Under the pieces are notes generated by a model. That model was not told the origin of the DNA. It did no database searches and saw nothing but the letters and a program-made list of their open reading frames with translations. Of a DNA stretch of 64,000 nucleotides, positions 11,101-21,400 are shown piece by piece. Numbering within the stretch: position 1 is the first letter of the stretch; every line of letters starts with the position of its first letter. This stretch comes from Squalus acanthias (Eukaryota): the NCBI GenBank assembly GCA_030390025.1, contig JASTWF010000349.1:248001-312000 (forward strand), written 5' to 3'. The position numbers and the translations under genes were made by a program.

Positions 11101-13390
11101 GACGGAGCGGGGGAGGGGGGCATTGTGTGTGTGGGGGTCGGAGCGGGGGAGGGGACAGTGTGTGTGTGTGTGTGGGACGGAGCAGGGGAGGGGCTGCATT
11201 GTGTGTGGGGGACGGAGCGGGGGAGGGAACAGTGTGTGTGGGAGGGACGGAGCGGGGGAGGGGACAATGTGTGTGTGGGGGGCGGAGCGGGGGAGGGGAC
11301 AGTGTGTGTGTGTGTGTGGGGGACGGAGCGGGGGAAGGGGTGAAATGTGTGTGTGGGGGACGGAGCGGGGGAGGGGTGGAAATGTGTGTGTGTGGGGACG
11401 GAGCGGGGGCAGTGTGTGTGTGTGGGGGACGGAGTGGGGAGGGGGCAGTGTGTGTGTGGCGGACGGAGCGGGGGAGGGGGCAGTGTGTGTGTGGGGGACG
11501 GTGCGGGGGAGGGGGGCAGTGTGTGTGTGTGGGGGCCGGAGCGGGGGAGGGGGGACAGTGAGTGTGTGTGGGGGACGGAGCGGGGGAGGGGGAAGTGTGT
11601 GTGGGGGATGGAGCGGGGGAGGGGGGCAGTGTGTGTGTGTGGGTGACAGAGCGGGGGAGGGGGGGAAGTGTGTGTGTGGGGGACGGAGCGGGGGAGAGGG
11701 GGCAGTGTGTGTGTGGGGGGACGGAGCGGGGTGGGGGTGGCAGTGTGTGTGTGGAGGAGGGAGCGGGGAGGGGGGGGCAGTGTGTGGGGGGGACGGAGCG
11801 GGGAGGGGGGGGTCAGTGTGTGTGGGGGACTGAGCGGGGGAGGGGAGCAAGTGTGTGTGGGGACGGAGCGGGGGAGGAGGCAGTGTGTGTGTGGGTGACG
11901 GAGCCGGGGAGGGGGCAGTGTGTGTGGGGGGGACGGAGCGGGGGAGGGGGGCAGTGTGTGTGTGGTGGACGGAGCGGGGGAGGGGGGGGCAGTGTGTGTG
12001 TGGGGGACGGAGCGGGGGAGGGGGGCAGTGTGTGTGTGTGTGTGGGGGACCGAGCGGGGGAGGGGGGGGCAGTGTGTGTGTGTGGGGGGGATGGAGTGGG
12101 GTAGGGGGGCAGTGTGTGTGTGTGTGTGGGGGACGGAGCAGGGGAGGGGCCAGTGTGTGTGTGGGGGACAGAGTGGGGGAGGGGGGAAGTGTGTGTGTGG
12201 GGGACGGCGCGGGGGAGGGGGGAAGTGTGTGTGTGGGGGACGGAGCGGGGGAGGGGGGGCAGTGTGTGTGTGGGGGACGGAGCGGGGGAGGGGGTCAGTG
12301 TGTGTGTGGGGGACGGAGCGGGGGAGGGGGGGCAGTGTGTGGGGGGGGGGACGGAGCGGGGGAGGGGGGCAGTGTGTGTGTGGAGGAGGGGAGCGGGGAG
12401 GGGGTCAGTGTGTGTGTGGGGACGGAGCGGGGGAGGGGGACAGTGTGTGTTTGGGGACGGTTGCGGGGGAGGGGTGCAGTGTGTGTGTGTGGGGGACGGA
12501 GCGGGGGGAGGGGGATCAGTGTGTGTGTGTGTGTGTGTGTGGTCAGAGCGGGGGAGGGGGCAATGTGTGTGTGTGGGGGGGGACGGAGCGGGGGAGGGGG
12601 GGCAGTGTGTGTGTGTGGGGGACGGAGCGGGGGAGGGGGGGCAGTGTGTGTGTGTGTGTGGGGGACCGAGCGGGGGAGGGGGGCAGTGTGTGTGTGGTGT
12701 GGGGGATGGAGTGGGGTAGGGGGGCAGTGTGTGTGTGTGTGTGGGGGGACGGAGCAGGGGAGGGGCCAGTGTGTGTGTGGGGGACAGAGTGGGGGAGTGG
12801 GGGAGGGGGGAAGTGTGTGTGTGTGGGGGACGGCGCGGGGGGAGGGGGGCAAAGTGTGTGTGTGGGGGACGGAGCTGGAGGGAGGGGGGGCAGGGTGTGT
12901 GTGGGGGACGGAGCGGGGGAGGGGGTCAGTGTGTGTGTGTGTGGGTACGGAGCGTGGGGAGGGGGGCAGTGTGTGTGTAGGGGGACGGAGCGGGGGAGGT
13001 GGGCAGCAGTGGCAAGTGTGTGGTGGTGACGGATCGAGGGGAGGGGGTCAGTGTGTGTGTGTGTACGGAGCGGGGGAGGGTGGACAGTGTGTGTGTTTGG
13101 GACTGGAGCGGGGGACGGGGACAGCGTGTGTGTGTCTGTGGTGGGACGGAGCGGGGGAGGGGGATGCAGTGTGTGTGTGTGTGTGTGGGTACGAGCGGAG
13201 GAGGGGGGCATCGTGTGTGTGTGGGGGACGGAGCGGGGGAGGGGGCATGTGTGTGTGTGGGGGATGGAGCGGGGGAGTGGACAGTGTTGTGTGTGGGGGG
13301 ACGGAGCGGGGGACGGGGGGCAGTGTGGTGTATGTGTGGGACGGAGCGGGGGAGGGCAGCAGTGTGTGTGTGGGGGACGGAGCGGGGATG
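5118..13390 (+). repeat. G-rich minisatellite, about 33-40 bp unit (GT)n-GGGGGACGGAGCGGGGGAGGGGGGCA
   Basis: Continuous tandem units with a variable GT tract; source of the stop-free ORFs in all frames. Confidence 0.97.
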
Positions 13391-13449
13391 GACGGCGGAA
13401 AGGGGACGGTGATGGAGAAGGGGGTGGGGGGAAACGGAGGGTGGGGTGG

Positions 13450-14228
13450 ACATGGAGAGGGGAGGGGGAAACGGGGAGTTGAGGGGGACACGGGGAGGGG
13501 ACGGGGACACGGGGAGGGGAGGGGGACACGGAGAGAGGAAGGTGACACGGGGAGGGGAGGGGGACAGATGGAGGGGAGAGGGACACGGGGAGGGGAGGGG
13601 GACACAGAGAGTGGAGGGGGACACGGGGAGGGGAGGGGGACACGGGGAGGGGAGGGGCCACGGGGAGGGGAGGGGACACGGAGAGAGGACGGTGACACGG
13701 GGAGGGGAGGGGGACACGGGGAGGGGAGGGGGACACGGAGAGGGGAGGGGGACACGGGGAGGGGAGGGGGACACGGAGAGGGGAGGGGGACACGGGGAGG
13801 GGAGGGGGACACGGGGAGGGGAGGGGGACACGGAGAGAGGAAGGTGACACGGAGAGAGGAAGGTGACACGGGGAGGGGAGGGGGACACGGGGAGGGGAGG
13901 GGGACACGGAGAGGGGAAGGTGACACGGAGAGGGGAGGGGGACATGGGGAGGGGAGGGGGACACGGAGAGGGGAAGGTGACACGGAGAGGGGAGGGGGAC
14001 ACGGGGAGGGGAGGGGACATGGAGAGGGGAGGGGGACACGGGGAGGTGAGGGGGACACGGAGAGGGGAAGGTGACACGGAGAGGGGAGGGGGACACGGGG
14101 AGGGGAGGGGACATGGAGAGGGGAGGGGGACATGGGGAGGGGAGGGGGACACGGGGAGGGGAGGGGGACACGGAGAGGAAGGGAGACACGGGGAGGGGAG
14201 GGGGACACGGAGAGGGGAGGCGGACACT
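13450..14228 (+). repeat. 19-bp purine-rich minisatellite (GGGGAGGGGAGGGGGACAC)n
   Basis: Roughly 40 tandem units with variants GGAGAGGGGAAGGTGACAC. Confidence 0.95.
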
Positions 14229-14301
14229 CAGTTCTATTTGGTATGTTTCACCACTATGTCTTTTGCCTCCGTCTTCAGCTCCCCCCCCCCCCCCCCCCCC
14301 G

Positions 14302-14499
14302 GGCTACGAGCTGCTCTTCCTGCCAAATGCCTACATGATCCACATGCCCCAAGCTCCGAGCTTTGACATATCCAAGTGCCGCTCCAGCGCGCTGTACCGA
14401 CACTGCCTCAACACACTGAAGGAGGAATTTCATCAGGACCTGTCTCGACAGTACTGCTCCGCTGCCCTCAAGTAACTGACCGTGAACAAAAACCTGTAG
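14302..14499 (+). pseudogene. LARGE2: Terminal coding exon of LARGE xylosyl-/glucuronyltransferase (LARGE2-like), apparently disabled
   Basis: [64 protein letters not shown] matches the LARGE C-terminus as I recall it ([21 protein letters not shown]...LKEEF.QD.SR.YG.AALKYLT). TAA at 14473 replaces Tyr; CCG instead of CAG at the expected acceptor. Confidence 0.8.
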
Positions 14500-14511
14500 G
14501 GAGGGCCCTAC

Positions 14512-14822
14512 ACCCGACACCGCGCCGGCCGAGTCTCCGAGACCCGACACCGTGCCGGCGGAGTCCCCGAGACCCGACACCGAGCCGGCCGAGTCCCAAA
14601 GACCCGACACCGCGCAGGCGGAGTCCCCGACACCGCGCCGGCGGAGTTCCCGAGACTCGACACCGCGCCGGCGGAGTCCCCGAGACCCGACACCGCGCCG
14701 GCGGAGTCCCCGAGACCCGACACCGCGCCGGCGGAGTCCCCGAGACCCGACACCGCGCCATCGGAGTCCCCGAGACCCGACACCACGCCGGCGGAGTCCC
14801 CGAGACCCGACACCGCGCCGGC
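14512..14822 (+). repeat. 30-bp CpG-rich tandem repeat (GAGACCCGACACCGCGCCGGCGGAGTCCCC) x about 10, in the LARGE2 3' UTR position
   Basis: Directly visible tandem units starting 13 bp after the TAG at 14497-14499. Confidence 0.93.
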
Positions 14823-15009
14823 ACATTGTAACCCTCACTGCCGCAGACTGCCCCTTCAAACTCTGGACAATCAAGTACCTCCTTTATATTATTTCTTTTG
14901 TATTTAAAATTGTACTTTTAATATTTTAGAGGCTGTAAATGATTGATCGTTGTACAAAGAAATGTTGATTTTTTTTCTTCGAAACAGTTAGTGGTTCTCT
15001 CTCGGTCTC

Positions 15010-15160
15010 TGCATTTAAGGGAAGCTACATAAACACATGAGGGAGAAAGGAATAGAAGGTAATAGTGACAGAGTTGGATGAAGAGGGGTGGGAGGAGGCT
15101 GGTGTGGAGCATAAACACTGGCACAGACCAGTTGGGCCGAATGGCCTGTTTCTGTGTTTA
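15010..15160 (+). mobile_element. Short CR1 LINE 3'-end fragment
   Basis: Encodes AFKGKL.KHM..KGIEG-like ORF2 end, followed by the CR1 3' UTR motif GGGCCGAATGGCCTGTTTCTGTG. Confidence 0.75.
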
Positions 15161-15169
15161 AATACGATG

Positions 15170-16424
15170 GGCCGTCCTTACCTGGTCCGGCCTATATGTG
15201 ACTCCAGACCCACAGCAATGTGATTGTCTCTTAATTGCCCTCTGAAATGGCCTAGCAAGCCACTCAGTTGCAACAAACTCCGAAAAACAAAAAGAATAAT
15301 AAAACCGGACGGACCACCCGGCATCGACCTCAGCACCGGCTTTGGACATGACAACGGCACACCCAGCCCAGTCAACCCTGCAAAGTCCTTCTCATCAACA
15401 TCTGGGGACTTGTGCCATAATTGGGAGAGCTGTCCCACAGACTAGTCAAGCAACAACCTGACATAGTCATACTCACAGAATCATACCTTTCAGCCAATGT
15501 CCCAAACTCCTCCATCACCATCCCTGGGTATGTCCTGTCCCACCGGCAGGACAGACCCACCAGGGGTGGTGCCACAGTGGTATATAGTCGGGAAGTAGTG
15601 GCCCTGGGAGTCCTCAACATTGATTCCGGACCCCATGATGTCTCATGGCTTCAGGTCAAGCATGGGCAAGGAAACCTCCTGCTGATTACCACCGACCTCC
15701 CTCAGCTGATGAATCAGTACTCCTCCATGTTGAACACCACTTGGAAGAAGCACTGAGAGTAGCAAGGGCACTCTCCGGGTGGGGGACTTCAATGTCCATC
15801 ACCAAGAGTGGCTCAGCAGCACCACTACTGACCGAGTCCTGACAGACATAACTGCCAGTCTGGGCCTGCGACAGGTGGTGAGTGAACCAACACGAGGGAA
15901 AAACCTACTTGACTTCGTCCTCACCAATCTACCTGTCGCAGATGCATCTGTCCATGACAGCATTGGTAGCAGTGACCACCGCACAGTCATTGTGGAGACA
16001 AAGTCCCGTCTTCACACTGAGAACACCCTCCATCGTGTTGTGTGGCACTACCACCGTGCTAAATGGGATAGATTCAGAACAGATCTAGCAGCTCAAAACT
16101 GGGCATCCATAAAGCGCTGTGGGCCATCAGCAGCAGCAGAATAGTATTTCACCACAATCTGTGACCTCATGGCCCGGCATATCCCTCACTCTACCATTAC
16201 CATCAAGCCAGTGGACCAATGAGTTGTGCAGAAGAGCATGCCAGGAGCAGCACCAGGCGTACCTAAAAATGCGGTGCCAACCTGGGGAAGCTGCAACACA
16301 GCACTACATGCATGCTAAACAGCGGAAGCAGCATGCTATAGACAGGGCTAAGCGATCCCACAATCAATGGATCAGATCAAAGCACTGCAGTCCTGCCACA
16401 TCCAGTCGTGAATGGTGGTGGACC
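15170..16424 (+). mobile_element. LINE family B copy 2, 5' segment (Deu-like body + APE)
   Basis: Colinear with the reverse complement of about 1370-2635; ORFs 15421-15756 and 15779-16144 carry APE motifs; frameshifted. Confidence 0.9.
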
Positions 16425-16840
16425 TCTCTCTCTTAGGCAGTCGCTCGGAACCGAGGATTACTTGCTTCCACACTAAAAATAAGTTCTCAGGTGACTGATG
16501 AGTCCAATGTGGGACCTACAGTCTCTGTCACAGGTGGGGCAGACGGTGGTTGAAGGGGCGGGTGGGTGGGGTGCTTGGGTTGACGTGCGCTCCTTCTGCT
16601 GTTTGCGCTTGGCTTCCGCTTGCTCCCGGCGAAGAGACTCGAGGTATTCGGCGCCTTCCCGGATGCTTCTCCTCCACTTGTATGGTCTTGGGCCAGGGAT
16701 TCCCAGGTGTCGGACGGAATGTTGCACTTTTTCAAGGAGGCTTTGAGGGTGTCCTCAATAGAAACATAGAAGATAGGAGCAGGAGTAGGACATTCGGCCC
16801 CTCAAGCCTGCTCCGCCATTTCATGGCTGATCATCTAAAT

Positions 16841-17779
16841 TCAGTACCCTGTCCCTGCTTTCTCCCCATATCCCTTGATCCCTTTAGCCTTAAGAAATAT
16901 ATCTATCTCCTTCTTGAATATATTTAATGAATTGGCCTCAACTGCCTTCTGTGGTAGAGAATTCCACAGGTTCACCACTCTCTGGGTGAAGAAATTCCTC
17001 CTCATCTCAGTCCTAAATGGCTTACCCCTTATCCTTAGACTGTGACCTCTGGTTCTGGACTCCCCCGCCATCGGGAATATCCTTCCTGCATCTAGTCTGT
17101 CTAGTCCTATTAGAATTTTATAAGTTTCAATGAGATCCCCTCTCATTCTTCTAAACTCTAGCGAATATAAGCCTAATCGACCCAATCTCTCTTCAAACGT
17201 CATTCCTGCCATCCCAGGTATCAGTCTGGTAAATCTTCGCTGCACTCCCTCCATGGCAAGAACATCCTTCCTCAGATAAGGCGACCAAAACTGCACACAA
17301 TACTCAAGGTGTGGTCTCACCAAGGCCTTGTACAACTGCAGCAAGACATCCTTGCTCCTGTACTCGAATCCTCTCGCTATAAAGGGCAACATACCATTTG
17401 CCTTCTTAACCGCCTGCTGCACCTGCATGCTTACCTTCAGCGACTGGTGCACAAGGACTCCCAGATCTCGTTGCACTTCCCCTTTTCCCAATCTATTGCC
17501 GTACAGATAATAATCTGTCTTCCTGTTTTTGCCACCAAAGTGGATAACCTCACATTTATCCACGTTACACTGCATCTGCCATGCATCTGCCCAATCACCC
17601 AACCTGTCCAAATCATACTGGAGTTTCTCTGCATCCTCCTCACAGCGCACATGCCCACCCAGCTTTGTGTCATCTGCAAACTTAGAGATATTACATCTAG
17701 TTCCCTTGTCTAGATCATTAATATATATTGTGAATAGCTGGGGTCCAAGCACCGATCCCTGCGGTACCCCACTAGTCAC
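16841..17779 (-). pseudogene. CR1 ORF2 RT and C-terminal fragment
   Basis: 312-aa ORF with RT motifs SGVPQGSVLGP and SKFADDTK; separated from the upstream part by a stop at 17783-17785. Confidence 0.9.
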
Positions 17780-18212
17780 TGCCTACCACTCGGAAAAAGA
17801 CCCGTTTATTCCAACTCTTTGCTTCCTGTCTGCCAACCAGTTCTCTATCCAAGTCAGTACCTTACCCCCAATCCCATGTGCTTTAACTTTGCACGCTAAT
17901 CTCTTATGCGGGACCTTATCGAAAGCCTTCTGAAAGTCCAAATACACCACATCCACTGGTTCTCCCTTATCTATTCTACCAGTTACATCCTCAAAAAATT
18001 CCAGTAGATTAGTCAGGCATGATTTACCTTTTGTAAATCCATGTTGACTTTGTCCGATCCTGTCACTGTTTTCCAAGTACTCTGCTATTACATCTTTTAT
18101 AATGGACTCTAGCATTTTGCCCACTACCGATGTCAGGCTTACCAGTCTATAGCCCCTATGTTCCCCGACATCTCTGGGAGTTTATTTGTGTCCTCCTTTG
18201 TGAAGACGGAAC

Positions 18213-18406
18213 TGTGGTAACACAATACAGCTTCCTGTGACTCGAACTTTATTGCATCACTTCCTGTGATTAGTCCAGGATAAATACTGGACTGATCAGT
18301 TGGATCCTGGAGAGGCATAGAGTAAGACCTCTTTTGTATGTAGCACCTTTTTAGTTGATTAAAGCTTACTTTAAGTTCACCACGCGTAAGGCTCATTCTT
18401 ACGACA
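18213..18406 (+). repeat. 5' LTR
   Basis: Direct repeat of 22460-22653; contains ATTAAA at 18358-18363. Confidence 0.97.
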
Positions 18407-18484
18407 ATTTAATCAACTTTGAAAAACTTCGCACTCAAACTTTTTGGACGAACTCGGAACTAAGGATCCAGGGAATCACCCATC

Positions 18485-21400
18485 ATGGAAAACATCCTTA
18501 AACCATCGCGTCTTGACTTGGACCCAAACACCCCAGCAGCCGGTAAGGTGTGGAAACACTGGTATCGCACATTTGACAATTTTCTTGAATATTGCAAGGC
18601 TGATGATGACTCAAAGTTGCGGATACTCATCAACTGTGTCACCCCGAATGTATTTCAGTATGTGGAGGAATGGGGCAGTTACGAGGAGGCAATTCGGACG
18701 CTTAAGAGACTATATACTAAGACACCGAATGAGGTCTATGCCAGACATCTACTAGCTACAGCCCAACAAGGGCCGGAGGAATCCATTGATAAATTCCTCC
18801 AAGAGCTTCGCAGACTTAGTATGGACTGTAACTTTCAGGCGGCCTCAGCTGAGCTGTACCATGAAGAAATGATCTGTGATGTTTTCATCTGTGGGCTTGC
18901 CTCCCCATTTATACGCCAGCGTCTACTGGAAAGTAAGACACTTGAGCTTCAGAGAGCTTATGACATGGCTTGCTCTCTAGATCTGGCAAAAAGAAATGCA
19001 GACCTTTATACAGTGCCCAGACCTCGGTCTACTGCCTTAACTACAGTCAGGCAATTTAAGAGGCCACAGGTGAACTCTATTAGGGAGGTCTTTATCCCTG
19101 ACGATCAATCTGATGACTTCACTGATGAAGAGGATGATGACCCCACTGTGGCAGCCTCTTGGCAATCTAAGAAATGCTTCTTTTGTGGTGATGAGTTTCA
19201 CCCTCAGAAATTCTGCCCTGCTCGCAATGCGTTTTGCAGTCATTGCAACAAAAAGGGTCATTTTGCAAAGGTTTGCCTATCAAGAGCCTCTACGAGGGCT
19301 TATCAAGCTAAGTCCTACCGAACTGCCCCGGTAAGGGCCTATCAAGATGTTCCGGCTAAAATCTATCGTGCTTCCTCTTGGGTTTCCTCTCGAAGAAACA
19401 CACCTAGAGTTTCAGCCACTCTTTGTGCAACGACACCAATTACAGCTGCTTGTCCTCAGAACCTATTCCATGCAGCTACAAAAGCATCAATTAATGGACA
19501 TACTTTAGATGCCTTAATTGACTCAGGTAGCACTGATAGTTTCATTAGGGAACAGATTGTTGCAGAGTTAAAGCTACATGTTTTCCCATCGGACCAGGCA
19601 ATTGCGATGGCTCAGTCATCACTTAATACCAGAATTTCTGGCTTTTGTATGGTTGAAATAACACTTAATGGTCACAGGTATCCCTCCACCCGGCTTTCGG
19701 TGCTCAAGGACTTATGTAGTGATCTTATCTTAGGGCTGGATTTTCAAAAGCAGCATAAGAAGCTCACCATTGAGTTCGGCGGATCCAAACCTGAACTCAC
19801 TATTTCTAATATACTACCTCGATTACCGTTCTGTGCATTGTCAGCAGCTTCACTGGATGAACCCTCACTGTTTACCAGTATCCCTCCTCGATGCAAACCG
19901 ATTATAACAAAGTCACGACGTTTCAGTCAGGAAGACCAGTCTTTTATTGCGGCTGAGATTTCTCGGCTTTTAGCAGAGGATATCATCGAGCCTTGTTCGT
20001 CGCCATGGCGCGCCCAGGTCGTTATTGTTAAGAACCCTCTACAACCTCACAAGAAACGGCTGTGCATTGACTATTCACAGACCATCAATCAATATACGGA
20101 CTTGGACGCATACCCATTGCCGCGCATCGATGATATGGTTAATAAACTGGCTGAGTACACGGTGTTCTCAACATATGATCTGAAAAGTGCCTATCATCAG
20201 GTACCCTTGAAGGTCTCAGACAAGCAGTATACGGCCTTTGAAGCCAATGGATGGCTGTATCAATTTCGTCGCCTCCCCTTTGGGGTCACTAATGGAGTGG
20301 CTGTCTTCCAGCGAGCAATGGATGACCTGGTCAAACAGGAAGACTTGAAGGATACGTTTCCTTATCTGGACAATATTACTGTCGCAGGTCGCAATCAGCG
20401 GGAACATGACGCCAATCTCCAACGATTTTGGGATGCACTCCAGCACCGTAATTTGACATTAAATGCGGCTAAATCCATTGAGTCACAACCAACCATCAAC
20501 ATCCTTGGCTATTGTGTGGGCAATGGCATCATTAAACCTGACCCTGAAAGGCTTCGCCCACTCCAAGAGCTCCCGCCACCTAAGAATCCGGCCTCCTTGC
20601 GCCGGGCCCTCGGCCTGTTTGCATACTATGCTAAATGGATTCCTAACTTCTCGGACCGAATCCAACCTCTACTGAAGGCCAGCACATTCCCACTAGACAC
20701 AGCGGCTGTTGCAGCCTTTAACCTCCTGAAAAAACAGTTGGAGAAAGCGGCTCTTCACTCCATCGATGAGAGTCTTCCTTTTGTTGTTGAGTGTGATGCC
20801 TCGGAGGTGGCGATCTCGGCCACTCTGAATCAGGAAGGTCGTCCGGTGGCATTTTTGTCCAGGACTTTTCAAGGGGCTGAGCTACATTATCCTCCAGTCG
20901 AGAAAGAAGCTACAGCCATCATAGAGGCAGTACAGAAGTGGAGTCATCTCCTAGCTCGCCAGCACTTTACCTTGATCACGGACCAGCGATCGGTCGCCTT
21001 CATGCTCGATAATCGAAAACGGACCAAAATTAAAAATAATAAAATCCAGCTTTGGCGGCTGGAATTGGCCTCTTTTGGTTACACCATCCACTATCGACCT
21101 GGCAAGGAGAATGTGGCTCCGGATACCCTCACACGAGCATTCTGCTCCGCCATGGCACCCTCTATGCTCGTAGACATCCATGATGGGTTGTGTCATCCGG
21201 GCGTTACTCGCATGCTACACTTCGTGCGGTCCCGAAATCTCCCATTCTCTACCGGGGATGTAAAGAAGATGTGCTCGGACTGCAGGGTCTGTGCGGAATT
21301 GAAACCTCAGTTTTTCCGCCCCTCGGGTGGTATACTCATACATGCGACCCAGCCAATGCAACGGCTTAGCATCGATTTTAAGGGGCCGTTGCCCTCTTCA

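Noticed and set aside
4904..14227. Dozens of long Gly/Val/Cys-rich or Pro/His/Thr-rich ORFs
   Set aside because: They are translations of stop-free minisatellites, open in all frames on both strands.
14376..14929. Arg/Pro-rich repeat ORFs over the 30-bp repeat
   Set aside because: Open only because the unit is a stop-free multiple of three; it lies downstream of the LARGE2 stop.
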